Notes: generated from the letters alone by a model not told the origin. A DNA stretch of 64,000 bases from Candidatus Omnitrophota bacterium (GCA_015233115.1 JADFYJ010000005.1:86359-150358), one strand, 5' to 3'. Counted from the first letter of the stretch, positions 19,363 through 29,590 are shown. Numbers and translations are program-made.

Positions 19363-20090
19363 CCAAATCTCTTCTGGGCTTCATAATACGACTCAACACT
19401 GCCGATATCATACCATGTTCCCGTAAATTTAAAACCAAAAACATCCGTCTGTTTATAAAGCCATTTGATATAATCACCCGCTTTATCCGCGGTCTTGCAT
19501 TCATGCAAATACTGCGCGACTGATCCTAATAAATGAGCCGGCAAATAATAAAAACACATCGCGATCAGCGTTGATTTTGGCTGAGCCGGTTTCTCTTCAA
19601 ATAATGTCACTTTTCGGTCAGCATCAATTGCGACTACCCCGAACAATTTCGCTTCTTCTAAATTTCCGATATCATACAGACCAATCGCCGCCGCGTTTTT
19701 CTTTTGAGCAAACAGGACATATTCTTCCACGTTATAATCAAACAAGTTATCGCCGCCAACCACCAAGAGATCATCTTTAATAGGATAATTATCTAAGGTG
19801 AAATGTATATCTCCGATTGACCCTAAACGGGTTTCCGGCGTGTCAGTTTTATCATTGACAATAGTAACTTTGTAAGGAACCTCTAATTTTTTTGACCAAT
19901 CCACGAACTGGTTGTAAAATTTATTATTCGTGACCACAATCACTTCATTCAAACCATTCAAATTTCTGATCCGGTCCAAAATATAATTGATCAACGGCTT
20001 CCCATTAATCGCTAAAAGCGCTTTAGCCGTATCTTTAATAATCGGATAAAGACGAGTGCCATAACCAGCCGCCAGAACCAAAACTTTCAT
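19350..20090 (-). CDS. Sugar-phosphate nucleotidyltransferase family protein
   Basis: LAAGYGTRLYP, K.LL, GGDNLF, FEEKP, WYDIG; start moved to ATG 20090. Confidence 0.88.
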   Translation of the reverse strand: MKVLVLAAGYGTRLYPIIKDTAKALLAINGKPLINYILDRIRNLNGLNEVIVVTNNKFYNQFVDWSKKLEVPYKVTIVNDKTDTPETRLGSIGDIHFTLDNYPIKDDLLVVGGDNLFDYNVEEYVLFAQKKNAAAIGLYDIGNLEEAKLFGVVAIDADRKVTLFEEKPAQPKSTLIAMCFYYLPAHLLGSVAQYLHECKTADKAGDYIKWLYKQTDVFGFKFTGTWYDIGSVESYYEAQKRFGVTK

Positions 20091-20111
20091 GCTCGATCCT
20101 TTCAAAAATGC

Positions 20112-20192
20112 GGTTTTTAGTTTTTGGTTGTTAGTTGTTGGTTATAAAAACTATCGTTTTTTCCAAAAACCAAAAACCATCAACAATCAACC
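20112..20192. repeat. Tandem-arm inverted element, TGGTTGT/TAGTTTT 7-mer type
   Basis: ggtttttagtttttggttgttagttgttgg ... ccaaaaaccaaaaaccatcaacaatcaacc; homologues at 24245, 31953 and 36030. Confidence 0.85.
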
Positions 20193-20197
20193 ATGAT

Positions 20198-21961
20198 TTA
20201 TTCATTCTTCGCATTGAATAAATCCGGCACGAATTCTTTCAACGCTTTTTGCGCCAAAGTTTCGACTTCATGTCCGGTAGACAATTGCAATGCTTCATTA
20301 GCCACTTTTTGCGTGTTAGCAAACGAAACAGTGCGAATCATCTTTTTAATCTGCAAAATACTCAACGGCGACATACTTAAACAATCCACGCCCAGACCGA
20401 TCAGAAGCAAAGCCAAATGCGGCTCATTAGCCATTTCGCCGCAAACACTCACTTCTTTCCCCTGCGCGTGCGCCGCATCAACGGTGAGTTTAATCAAACG
20501 CAGGACTCCGGGATGTCCGGGTTGGTACATGTCCGCGGTTTGTTCATTAACCCGGTCAACAGCCAAAGTATATTGAATCAAGTCATTTGTTCCAATGCTA
20601 AAAAACGCCGCTTCTTTTGCCAACAAATCAGCAGTCATGGCGGCAGATGGAACTTCTATCATGATCCCAACTTTTAAGGCTTCATCAAAAGGAATGTTTT
20701 CCCGTCTTAAAGACGCCCGTACTTCATCCAAAATCGCGTTCGCTTTACGTAAATCTTCAGGCCCGCTGATCATAGGGTACATAATTTGCAATTTCCCAAA
20801 ATGCGAGGCGCGCAAAATCGCCCGTAACTGTGTTTTAAAAATATCCGGGCAGGCGAGACAAAATCGAATCGCGCGCCATCCCCAATAGGCGTACATCTCT
20901 TTGGGGATCTGCAAACTGGAAATAAATTTATCTCCGCCTAAATCTAAGGTTCGGATCGTGACAATTTGCCCCGCCATAATTCCCAAAACTCGTTTATACG
21001 CGTCGAACTGTTCATCTTCTGTCGGCATATCCGTCCGGTTCATGTAGAAAAATTCTGTCCGGTAAAGCCCAATTCCCTCAGCAAAATTTATCTTAGCGCT
21101 GGACGCTTCTCCCTCTAACTCGAGATTCGCGTACAATTGGATACGCCGGCCATCAGTGGTTTCTGCCGGCAAATTCTTGATATCTTGAAATTGGCCGCGA
21201 AACTCTTCCATGCGGTTTTTTTCTTTTTCATAAAACGCAATTGTTTCGGCCGCCGGATTAATGATCAATAGCCCTTTGCGGCCGTCCACGATCAAATAAT
21301 CCTGGTTCTGAACCTGCAACGTAGCATCTTTCAAACCAACAATAGCAGGCACTCCCAAAGTTTTAGCCATAATGGCCGTATGCGATGTGCGCCCGCCAAT
21401 ATCTGTGGCAAAAGCGATAATATTCTGATTGTACATACTCGCCGTATCAGACGGCGATAAATCATGACTAATAATAATCAAAGACTCCGTAATTGAATTA
21501 AGATCATGCAATTTATGTTCGCCCACCAAATTTTTTAAAACCCGGCGGCCGACATCATTGATATCAGTAACGCGTTCCCGCAAATATTCATCTTCAATCT
21601 TTGAAAAAATTTTCACATATTTTTTAATCACCTCAGAAAATATATATTCACATCCTAAATGTTCTTTCTTGATCCGCTTCACCACTTCTTCAATTAAAGC
21701 GCGATCTTCCAAAACCAATAAATGAGCATCGAACAATTGCGCGTGTTCACCCAAAAGCTCATTACTCATTTTCTTTTTAATCTCAATGATTTCCTGCCGG
21801 GTATGGATCAACGCTTCTTCAAAACGCGCGATTTCGATAGGAACTTCTTTTTCCAGAATAGCCCGCGGCGTGACCAAATATTCCTGTTTATCAAGAATAA
21901 AAGCCAAACCGGACGCAATGCCTGGTGCCGCTGGAACACCTTTTAAAACAATTTCTTTCAT
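20198..21961 (-). CDS. ptsI: PTS enzyme I (phosphoenolpyruvate-protein phosphotransferase)
   Basis: GGRTSHTAI (phospho-His), GIGLYRTEF, RTLDLGGDK, MIEVPSA, SIGTNDLIQY, CGEMA. Confidence 0.96.
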   Translation of the reverse strand: MKEIVLKGVPAAPGIASGLAFILDKQEYLVTPRAILEKEVPIEIARFEEALIHTRQEIIEIKKKMSNELLGEHAQLFDAHLLVLEDRALIEEVVKRIKKEHLGCEYIFSEVIKKYVKIFSKIEDEYLRERVTDINDVGRRVLKNLVGEHKLHDLNSITESLIIISHDLSPSDTASMYNQNIIAFATDIGGRTSHTAIMAKTLGVPAIVGLKDATLQVQNQDYLIVDGRKGLLIINPAAETIAFYEKEKNRMEEFRGQFQDIKNLPAETTDGRRIQLYANLELEGEASSAKINFAEGIGLYRTEFFYMNRTDMPTEDEQFDAYKRVLGIMAGQIVTIRTLDLGGDKFISSLQIPKEMYAYWGWRAIRFCLACPDIFKTQLRAILRASHFGKLQIMYPMISGPEDLRKANAILDEVRASLRRENIPFDEALKVGIMIEVPSAAMTADLLAKEAAFFSIGTNDLIQYTLAVDRVNEQTADMYQPGHPGVLRLIKLTVDAAHAQGKEVSVCGEMANEPHLALLLIGLGVDCLSMSPLSILQIKKMIRTVSFANTQKVANEALQLSTGHEVETLAQKALKEFVPDLFNAKNE

Positions 21962-22227
21962 TCTGGAGTTTCCTTTTTCAATAACGCTTCCAACTCACAA
22001 ATGACTTTTTCTGCGTCGACACCTTCCGCGGTTATCACCACAGATGAATTAAATTGCGCGCCTAAGGTCAAAATACCCATAATCGACCGGCCATTCACCT
22101 CTTCATCGCCTTTGCGCAAAGTGACAATCGATTCATGCTTGGATACGATCTGCACAAACATGGCCGAAGGCCTCGCATGCAACCCCTGAGGATTACGAAT
22201 TATGATTTCTTTTTGTATTTTTACCAT
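21958..22227 (-). CDS. ptsH: Phosphocarrier protein HPr
   Basis: GLHARP (His15), NGRSIMG (Ser46). Confidence 0.95.
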   Translation of the reverse strand: MVKIQKEIIIRNPQGLHARPSAMFVQIVSKHESIVTLRKGDEEVNGRSIMGILTLGAQFNSSVVITAEGVDAEKVICELEALLKKETPE

Positions 22228-22229
22228 TT

Positions 22230-23477
22230 TTATCTTTTAATCACACGATATTGTTCAATTAATTTAATAACAGCTTTATTTAATTTTTTAGAATCATGGC
22301 GCAAATAATCCGTAACACTCAAAAGATCCGTCGCATAGGTAATATATCCCATTTCCCGGATCTTGTCGCAATCCGGAATAACCGGATACGAATTTTGCGC
22401 TTTATACCGTCCTAACGCGTCAGATGGAGCATCTAAATTATTATTCAAAATACACGCGTCCACCACTTTTACATCAGCGTGATCGACTAAAGCTTTGAGG
22501 TGGTCGCTCGCGGAGTAGCCATCCGACTCTCCATTCTGGGTCATCATATTGCACACATAAATCTTAAACGCCGCTGACTTGACCAAAGCCTGGCTCATTC
22601 CATCGATAATTAAATTAGGAATAACGCTGGTATACAAACTTCCCGGACCCATAATAATCGCGTCCGCGTCCGCAATCGCGTCTAAGGCATCTTGAGTCGG
22701 CTTCGCTTCTTCACCCGTCAAATAAATCCGTTTTACCCGTGATTTGGTGTTGGGAATATCCGCTTCTCCGCGTGTCACCGAACCATCTTCATATTCCGCT
22801 ACCAAATGAATATTATTTACAGTTGAAGGCACCACCTTGCCCCTAATCGCCAAGACCCGGCTGGTTTCTTTAACCGCTCTTTCAAAATCACGGCCCGTCA
22901 CCTGAAACATGGCCGTCAAAAATAAATTCCCAAAATTATGCCCTTTAAATTCTGATTCATTCGCAAACCGAAACTGAAATAATTCACCCATCAAAGCCGG
23001 CGCGTCTGCCAAAGCCACCAAACAATTCCGGATATCTCCTGGCGCGACAATATCAAAAGCTTCTCTTAAACGTCCGGATGACCCGCCGCTATCGGCCACT
23101 GTCACAATCGCAGTAATATTAGAGGTGTATTCTTTCAAGCCCGATAATAAATGGGACAGGCCATGTCCTCCGCCTATCGCGACAATTTTGGGCCCTCGTT
23201 CCAAATATCGTCGCTGATACAAAATGCTCACCAAATCCTGCTCGCCCTTAGGCAAAAACAATGTCAAAAGCGATACAATCGTTTTTGAAACACCCAACAC
23301 AATCAATACAATTCCGCATAAAATCCATAATGTCCCTAACACCCGCACAAAAACATAATCAAACTTTGAACTTAAAGCCGCACCAATCCCCACGACGACA
23401 ACCCCGGCTAAAACAGTAAATAGCCAGCGTTTCACGCGCATCCCCGGATAAAGTATTTTAAAACGGTCGTTCGGCAT
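22230..23477 (-). CDS. yvcK: YvcK/GlmR family UDP-GlcNAc-binding protein with N-terminal membrane helices
   Basis: IGGGHGL, VTVADSGGSSGRLR, PGDIRNC, GHNFGNL, GPGSLYTS. Confidence 0.92.
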   Translation of the reverse strand: MPNDRFKILYPGMRVKRWLFTVLAGVVVVGIGAALSSKFDYVFVRVLGTLWILCGIVLIVLGVSKTIVSLLTLFLPKGEQDLVSILYQRRYLERGPKIVAIGGGHGLSHLLSGLKEYTSNITAIVTVADSGGSSGRLREAFDIVAPGDIRNCLVALADAPALMGELFQFRFANESEFKGHNFGNLFLTAMFQVTGRDFERAVKETSRVLAIRGKVVPSTVNNIHLVAEYEDGSVTRGEADIPNTKSRVKRIYLTGEEAKPTQDALDAIADADAIIMGPGSLYTSVIPNLIIDGMSQALVKSAAFKIYVCNMMTQNGESDGYSASDHLKALVDHADVKVVDACILNNNLDAPSDALGRYKAQNSYPVIPDCDKIREMGYITYATDLLSVTDYLRHDSKKLNKAVIKLIEQYRVIKR

Positions 23478-23480
23478 ATT

Positions 23481-23957
23481 TTAAATAGCGGCTAAACGGA
23501 TATCTTCTTGTTCAATAATCTTCATAATCGTTGTTTCATCTTTGGCGGTCTTCAAACTATCGCGGATAAATTTATCTTTTAAAATACGCGAAATTTTTGC
23601 GAGAGCCTTTAAATGCGGGCCAGCTGAATCAACCGGCGCCACCAACAAAAAGAAAATATGCGCCAATTCTCCGTCTAGAGAATCAAAATTAACACCTTTT
23701 TTACTGATCCCCAGACACCCAACTAATTCCTTCGCCGCGTCGCATTTCGCATGGGGAATCGCGATTCCCTGACCAATAGCGGTTGACCCAAGTTCCTCAC
23801 GCGCCATTAATACGTCAATCACTTTGTTCTTATTTTTTTTATCAATCAAACCGGCATTTAACAAAAGCTCGACCAATTCTGTGATGACCGCTGGTTTAGT
23901 GTCGCTTTTAAGGTCCGCGCATACGGCCTTTTTGTCGAGGAAATCAGAAATTTTCAT
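23481..23957 (-). CDS. ptsN: PTS IIA-like protein (EIIA-Ntr/fructose family)
   Basis: RE.LGSTAIGQGIAIPH, FDSLDG, HLKALAKISR. Confidence 0.85.
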   Translation of the reverse strand: MKISDFLDKKAVCADLKSDTKPAVITELVELLLNAGLIDKKNKNKVIDVLMAREELGSTAIGQGIAIPHAKCDAAKELVGCLGISKKGVNFDSLDGELAHIFFLLVAPVDSAGPHLKALAKISRILKDKFIRDSLKTAKDETTIMKIIEQEDIRLAAI

Positions 23958-24085
23958 ACAACCTCCTTAAATTATTATTATATATTAGAATGAGTAGATC
24001 GAAGTTTAATGTCCCGTATTCCAGTGAAAATAGTATTTAAGAGTGTAGTATAAAAGTTAAAAAAAAACAACAATAAAATATAAGC

Positions 24086-24144
24086 AAAAAACCCTGAACC
24101 ATGTGAGGTTCAGGGTTGCACCCTGAACTCAACGTAGTTCAGGG
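24086..24144 (-). terminator. Two related hairpins downstream of tRNA-Gly; the distal one carries a U-tract
   Basis: aaccctgaacc-atgtga-ggttcagggtt preceded by aaaa on the plus strand, and ccctgaact-caacgt-agttcaggg. Confidence 0.7.
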
Positions 24145-24151
24145 GATAATT

Positions 24152-24228
24152 TGGAGCGGCGGATGGGATTCGAACCCACGACATCGTCCTTGGCAAGGAC
24201 GCATTCTAGCCAACTGAATTACCGCCGC
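24152..24228 (-). tRNA. tRNA-Gly (GCC)
   Basis: GCGGCGG acceptor stem, anticodon arm CGTCC-TTGCCAA-GGACG, TTCGAAT T-loop, encoded CCA. Confidence 0.96.
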
Positions 24229-24244
24229 AAAAGATTGTTTTGAC

Positions 24245-24325
24245 GGTTGATAGTTGATGGTTTTTGGTTTTTAGAAAAAACAATTGTTTTGATAACCAAC
24301 AACCACAAACCAAGAACCAAAAACG
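24245..24325. repeat. Tandem-arm element of the TGGTTGT type, inverted relative to the other copies
   Basis: Aligns end to end with the reverse complement of 20112-20192, spacer included. Confidence 0.85.
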
Positions 24326-24343
24326 TTAAATTTGTAAACCTAC

Positions 24344-24425
24344 TGGGCGGAAGAGGACTTGAACCTCCATGAGTCGCCCCACTAGTTCCTAAGACTAGCG
24401 CGTCTACCAATTTCGCCATCCGCCC
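24344..24425 (-). tRNA. tRNA-Leu (TAG)
   Basis: GGGCGGATGGCGAAATTGGTAGACGCG, anticodon loop CT-TAG-GA, long variable arm, GGTTCAAGTCC; CCA not encoded. Confidence 0.96.
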
Positions 24426-24431
24426 GAAAAA

Positions 24432-24735
24432 AAGTGACAAAGTAACAGAGTAACCAAGTAACAGAGAAAAAATAGAAAATTTTTATAAAAGACTAACAAA
24501 ACTAAAAAATAACTAAAGTAAAGCATAAGCAAAAAATAAAAAAACTTTAAAAAATTAAAACCGTTTTTTCTTATTTTGTCGCAAACGCTTTTTGGATATC
24601 GTTAATTATGTCTTGCAACCTTTTTCAGTCCGTTACCCTTTTCCCAGCCATCTTTTTTCAATGCTACTCGATGTCATCGCTTTGCCATCAACAGCTTTTA
24701 CTCTGTTACTTTGTCACTCGGTTACTCTGTTACTT
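24432..24735. repeat. Tandem-arm inverted element, AGTAACAG type, about 235-nt spacer, between two tRNAs
   Basis: Left aagtgacaaagtaacagagtaaccaagtaacagag, right ctctgttactttgtcactcggttactctgttactt, inner motif catcgctttgccatcaacagctttt. Confidence 0.88.
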
Positions 24736-24756
24736 GAACAGAATAACAATATAAAG

Positions 24757-24829
24757 TGAGCCACCCGCGACTCGAACGCGGCACCCCAGCCTTAAAAGGG
24801 CTGTGCTCTACCGGATGAGCTAGTGGCTC
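24757..24829 (-). tRNA. tRNA-Lys (TTT)
   Basis: GAGCCAC acceptor stem, CAGCC-CTTTTAA-GGCTG anticodon arm, TTCGAGT T-loop; CCA not encoded. Confidence 0.95.
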
Positions 24830-24912
24830 ATAAAATGCTCACTTAACAGAACGTATCTTTTAGCAAAAATAACCCGTTACGTCAACACAAAAAACAATTA
24901 AATTTTAATTCT

Positions 24913-25473
24913 TTATTCCATCAAACTTTTACTTTTTTGCTCTAAAAGCTCGTCAATCTCTTTAATATAACGATCCGTGATTTTCTGAATCTCCTCGTGA
25001 GAACGATAATATTCATCTTCCGTCATGGATTTATCAACTGTCTCCATTTTTTTCATCTTATCATTAATCTCGCGGCGTATAGACCGTAATGACACGCGTG
25101 ATTTTTCCGCCATGTCTTTGACGACTTTTTTCATCTCATTGCGGCGTTCTTCAGATAAAGCCGGAATATTTAAACGCACCACTTTTCCATCATTAGAACA
25201 GGTCGCCCCTAAAGTAGACGAATTTACCGATTTTTCAATTTCAGGAATAACGCCTGGATCCCAAGGCTGAATTAATACTGTACGGGGATCAGGAATGGAA
25301 ATTGAAGCAATTTGTTTGACAGTCATATGCGTGCCGCAATAATCAATATGTAAGCCTTCTATAAGCCCGGGATGAGCGCGGCCGGTCCGCACCTCATTAA
25401 ATTCACGTTTAGCTGCTTCCACCGCTTTTTTCATTTTATCATCAGTCTGCTTAATCATTTCTTTTCCCAGCAT
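24913..25473 (-). CDS. frr: Ribosome recycling factor
   Basis: RTGRAHP, IQPWD, IPALSEERR; rpsB-tsf-pyrH-frr synteny. Confidence 0.97.
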   Translation of the reverse strand: MLGKEMIKQTDDKMKKAVEAAKREFNEVRTGRAHPGLIEGLHIDYCGTHMTVKQIASISIPDPRTVLIQPWDPGVIPEIEKSVNSSTLGATCSNDGKVVRLNIPALSEERRNEMKKVVKDMAEKSRVSLRSIRREINDKMKKMETVDKSMTEDEYYRSHEEIQKITDRYIKEIDELLEQKSKSLME

Positions 25474-25482
25474 AATTCCTCC

Positions 25483-26202
25483 TTATCGTACAATCGTCCC
25501 AATCTTTTCACCTAAAACCGCGCGTTTAATATTTCCGACCTGTAACAAATTAAACACCACAATCGGCATTTTATTATCCATACACATACTGATCGCCGTA
25601 GCATCCATCACTTTTAAATTTTGTTTCAGCGCGTCAATAAACTGTATTTCATCGTACTTGACCGCGCTTTTATTTTTAACCGGATCATCTGAATAAACGC
25701 CATCAACTTTTGTTGCTTTCATGATCACGTCAGCGTTAATTTCGCTAGCGCGCAGCGCCGCAGCTGTGTCGGTCGTAAAATACGGATTTCCTGTTCCGCC
25801 AACAAAAATAACTACGCGTCCCTTTTCCAAATGACGCACCGCTCGTCTACGGATATACGGCTCAGCCACCGAAGTCATGGTAATCGCAGACATCACCCGT
25901 GTAGCCAATCCTAAATGCTCCAAGGCATTTTGCAAAGCCAAACCATTCATAATCGTAGCTAGCATACCCATTGAATCTGCGACTGTACGCTCTAAGTCGA
26001 ATGATTTTGAAGCGACCTGCCCTCTAAAAATATTTCCGCCGCCTACAACGATCCCTATTTTTACACCAAGATCAGCCACTTCTTTTATTTGGGTTGCAAA
26101 AGACACACAAGTATCAGCATCGATCCCGTGTTCCAACGGCCCCATTAATGCTTCGCCGCTCAGCTTAAGAAGAATCTTTTTGTAAATTGGTTTTTCGCTC
26201 AT
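25483..26202 (-). CDS. pyrH: UMP kinase
   Basis: [39 protein letters not shown]. Confidence 0.98.
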   Translation of the reverse strand: MSEKPIYKKILLKLSGEALMGPLEHGIDADTCVSFATQIKEVADLGVKIGIVVGGGNIFRGQVASKSFDLERTVADSMGMLATIMNGLALQNALEHLGLATRVMSAITMTSVAEPYIRRRAVRHLEKGRVVIFVGGTGNPYFTTDTAAALRASEINADVIMKATKVDGVYSDDPVKNKSAVKYDEIQFIDALKQNLKVMDATAISMCMDNKMPIVVFNLLQVGNIKRAVLGEKIGTIVR

Positions 26203-26221
26203 GTCTGGTCCAAATTTTTTA

Positions 26222-26349
26222 AGTATGTAGTATGTCGTATGTTATGAAACAAACAAAGCAACTTGTCCAGATGTTTTACATATTAATTTATTCGCTGTTT
26301 TGCACAAATCGCTTTTCACCACATACTACATGCCACATACTACATGCTA
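26222..26349. repeat. Tandem-arm inverted element, TAGTATG type, about 75-nt spacer
   Basis: Left agtatgtagtatgtcgtatgt, right ccacatactacatgccacatactacatgcta, inner tgcacaaatcgcttttca shared with 6065-6085. Confidence 0.85.
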
Positions 26350-26354
26350 TTATT

Positions 26355-26879
26355 TTATTCGCCGATCTTGTAACGAACATAACGATGAATAAATATATTT
26401 TCACCAATGCTCGCTATTAAATTCGTAACGCAATCTTTAACGGATTTGCTGGGATCTTTTACAAACGGCTGATCCAACAAACACACTTCTTTATAATATT
26501 GTTCAGCATTCGCGGCGGCCTTAACTTCTGCTTCCGGCACATCTTCACGGTTGATATATTTCGGATTAAATGCCGCTATATGCATAGCAATATTTTTAGT
26601 CAAAGCGATAAAATTTTCACTTTTCGCCACAAAATCAGTTTCACAGGATATTTCCAAAATAACTGCTAATTTATTTCCCGGATGAATATAAGTTTCAATC
26701 CGTCCTTCTTTAGCTTGGCGGCCGCTTTTTTTAGCTGCAATTTCTAGCCCACGATCCATTAAAACTTTTTTTGCTTTTTCAAAATCACCATTCGATGATT
26801 CAAGCGCTTTTTTACATTCAATGACTCCACATGAAGTCATTTCCCGAAGCTTTTTAATATCCTCTGATGAAACAGCCAT
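26355..26879 (-). CDS. tsf: Elongation factor Ts (short form)
   Basis: IKKLREMT, CKKAL, CETDFVA, IAMHIAA, GENI; 174 aa. Confidence 0.96.
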   Translation of the reverse strand: MAVSSEDIKKLREMTSCGVIECKKALESSNGDFEKAKKVLMDRGLEIAAKKSGRQAKEGRIETYIHPGNKLAVILEISCETDFVAKSENFIALTKNIAMHIAAFNPKYINREDVPEAEVKAAANAEQYYKEVCLLDQPFVKDPSKSVKDCVTNLIASIGENIFIHRYVRYKIGE

Positions 26880-26896
26880 ATATATCTTTCCCTTCC

Positions 26897-27631
26897 TTAA
26901 TTTTTATCTTCTTGAGCAGACTTTTCTTTAATGGTATGCGCGGTTTTAAATTCGTTTCTTCCTTGTACAATGCTTTCAGTAACAATGTTGGCAATCAAAC
27001 TGATGGACTTTAATGCATCATCATTACCAGGAATCGGAAAATTGATATCATCCGGATCACCATTCGTATCAATGATCGCAATAACCGGAATACCTAATTT
27101 TTTTGCTTCACGAACCGCATTCTGCTCTTTGTGAGGATCTACGATAAAAATCGCCTGGGGCACATCTTTCATGTCCAAAATTCCGCCAAAATTAAAAAGT
27201 AATTTTTCACGTTCTTTAGTCAAACGGGCAATTTCTTTTTTCTTTAAGTTATCCCAAACCCCATTTTCTTTCATTTTATCAATTTCACGTAAACGAGCTA
27301 CAGAACCTTTAACCGTCTGAAAATTCGTCAAAAGACCACCTGACCAGCGGTTCTTTACATAATACATTTCCGCACGGTTTGCTTCCTGTTCAACCGTCAT
27401 TTGGGCTTGCTTTTTTGTCCCGACAAACATAATTTTCCCGCCCTTTAAAGCAATATCACGGGCAAAATCTTTAGCTTGATTTAAACAGGCTAAAGTTTTT
27501 TCTAAATCGATAATATAAATGCCGCTTCTTTGACCAAAAATAAATTTCTTCATTTTCGGATTCCAACGTTTTGTCTGGTGTCCGAAATGCACACCGGCTT
27601 CCAACATTTTTTTGATCACTTCATCAATCAT
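26897..27631 (-). CDS. rpsB: 30S ribosomal protein S2
   Basis: MLEAGVHFGHQTKRWNPKM, FVGTKKQA, GGLLTNF, PGNDDA. Confidence 0.98.
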   Translation of the reverse strand: MIDEVIKKMLEAGVHFGHQTKRWNPKMKKFIFGQRSGIYIIDLEKTLACLNQAKDFARDIALKGGKIMFVGTKKQAQMTVEQEANRAEMYYVKNRWSGGLLTNFQTVKGSVARLREIDKMKENGVWDNLKKKEIARLTKEREKLLFNFGGILDMKDVPQAIFIVDPHKEQNAVREAKKLGIPVIAIIDTNGDPDDINFPIPGNDDALKSISLIANIVTESIVQGRNEFKTAHTIKEKSAQEDKN

Positions 27632-27739
27632 AAAACCTCCATTTGATTTGTTTCAACTTTATACCTTCTCCAAGCTTTTAGCAGCGTTGTTCCAGTATAA
27701 AATTGTTATAAATTGAAAATATAATCTGATGTGGGCGAT

Positions 27740-27768
27740 AGTATATACAAAATTATTTGGTTTTTCAA
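27740..27768 (-). promoter_or_regulatory. Putative sigma70 promoter of the rpsB operon
   Basis: Minus strand TTGAAA-N17-TATACT about 110 nt upstream of rpsB. Confidence 0.6.
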
Positions 27769-27779
27769 TAGTTATTTTT

Positions 27780-29576
27780 TCATGCCTGAAACTGCATGGT
27801 ATACAATTTGTTATAAAGAGGACAATTTTCTATGAGCTCTTCATGTCTTCCTTGCCCAACAATCTGACCTTTTTCGATAACAACAATCATATCGGCTTTT
27901 TTAATCGTTGATAACCGATGCGCAATAGCTACCACAGTACGGCCCTTCATAAATTCATAAAGCGCGGTCTGAATAAATTGCTCAGATTCAGAATCCAAAT
28001 GCGACGTTGCCTCATCTAAAATAAGAATAGGCGCATTTTTTAATATGGCTCTGGCAATCGTGATCCGTTGTTTTTCCCCGCCGGATAAACGAAATCCTCG
28101 ATCCCCAACGATGGTGTCATATCCGTGCGGCATCTTCATTACAAATAGATGAGCAAAAGCTTTTTTTGCCGCATCCTCAATTTGCTCTTGTGTAACTCCC
28201 GGCATCCCATAAGCAATGTTAGCTTTCACGGTATCATTAAACAAGATCGCTTCCTGGGAAACAACTCCAATTTGACCACGCAATGATTTGAATGTCACAT
28301 CCTTAATATCAATGCCGTCAATGCTCACTAGTCCGCTGGTCGAATCGTAAAAACGAGGGATCAAATTAACCAGTGTTGTTTTCCCCGTGCCAGTCGGCCC
28401 TACTATAGCGACCACTTGGCCGCTCTTGACTTCCAAATTTATCCCTTTTAACACCATCCCAGATTCCTGTTGATAAGAGAAATCCACCTGGTCGATTTTG
28501 ATCACAGACGAAAATTTAGGCAGGTCCATCGCGTCCGATTTTTCTTTGACGACAACTTCCGCGTCTAAAACTTCATAAATACGCACGTTTGCCGCTAAAC
28601 CCTGCTGGATCAACGCCACCGCATTGCCCAGTTTTTTTACGGGGCTGATGATCAACATGATAGAACCGATAAACATCCCCAATATACCAAATGACATTTT
28701 ATGTTCCATGACCGGGGCGGCCAGCGCTGAAATGACGCCCACCACAAAAAGCCCAGCAATAGTTTCAATCAAAGGCGAGATCACAATCAACCGGCGGACC
28801 GATTTCATCTTTAGTTTATAAAAATCCTGATTTCTGACCCGAAATCGTTCCTTTTCATATTTCTCGGAACAGAAAGCTTTAACCACCCGAATGCCGGAAA
28901 TTGTTTCCAGAAGATGAGAATTAATATCCGCCATTTTTTCCTGCGTACCCCTTGATATCTTGCGTAGTTTTTTACCTATCACAGTAAGAGGAATGGCAAT
29001 AAGCGGAAAAACAAAAAATATCACCATAGCTCCGCGCGGATAAAGACCAAACGCTGTGATCACACAAAAAATAATCATAAAAGTCTGCCGGAACAGATCA
29101 ATACACGCGTACGATACCGCGTTTTCAACGACATTAACATCATTGGTGATCCGCGAAATCAATTCTCCAGTTCGTTTTTTACTAAAATATTCCATGGATA
29201 AATCCTGAATCTTCGAATATAAAAGGTAGCGAATATCCCGCATGACCCTTTGCGAAACAGCATTAATTAAAAATTCGTATGTCACGGTCATAATCTGTTT
29301 TAAAAAGAACCCGGCCAAAAATATAGTTAACCCTCCCTTTAACAATACCTTACGGTCCATCGTATTAATCATATGAACCAAATCAGTAATAAATTTTGGC
29401 AAATGAGGATTGGGAAGGATCATTTGTTGGTCAGTAAATATTCGGTCGATCAGGGGCACCAGCATGGAAAACTGAAAAACCTGAAAAATACTCCCAAAAA
29501 AAATCGCCACGATCGCGATAATAAAAATCTTAAGATGCGGCTTAAGAAACTTTAATAATTTTATATAATTATTCAT
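27780..29576 (-). CDS. msbA: MsbA-like lipid A exporter (ABC permease/ATPase fusion)
   Basis: Membrane domain with TGELISRITND, Walker A GPTGTGKT, LSGGEKQR, LILDEATS; divergent from lpxB. Confidence 0.8.
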   Translation of the reverse strand: MNNYIKLLKFLKPHLKIFIIAIVAIFFGSIFQVFQFSMLVPLIDRIFTDQQMILPNPHLPKFITDLVHMINTMDRKVLLKGGLTIFLAGFFLKQIMTVTYEFLINAVSQRVMRDIRYLLYSKIQDLSMEYFSKKRTGELISRITNDVNVVENAVSYACIDLFRQTFMIIFCVITAFGLYPRGAMVIFFVFPLIAIPLTVIGKKLRKISRGTQEKMADINSHLLETISGIRVVKAFCSEKYEKERFRVRNQDFYKLKMKSVRRLIVISPLIETIAGLFVVGVISALAAPVMEHKMSFGILGMFIGSIMLIISPVKKLGNAVALIQQGLAANVRIYEVLDAEVVVKEKSDAMDLPKFSSVIKIDQVDFSYQQESGMVLKGINLEVKSGQVVAIVGPTGTGKTTLVNLIPRFYDSTSGLVSIDGIDIKDVTFKSLRGQIGVVSQEAILFNDTVKANIAYGMPGVTQEQIEDAAKKAFAHLFVMKMPHGYDTIVGDRGFRLSGGEKQRITIARAILKNAPILILDEATSHLDSESEQFIQTALYEFMKGRTVVAIAHRLSTIKKADMIVVIEKGQIVGQGRHEELIENCPLYNKLYTMQFQA

Positions 29577-29590
29577 AAAAAAATTTATAC

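Noticed and set aside
24219-24440. 73-aa minus-strand ORF
   Set aside because: It overlaps tRNA-Leu and a repeat element.
26355-26879. EF-Ts of 174 aa as a truncated pseudogene
   Set aside because: Short EF-Ts forms are known in several phyla, and both terminal motifs are intact.
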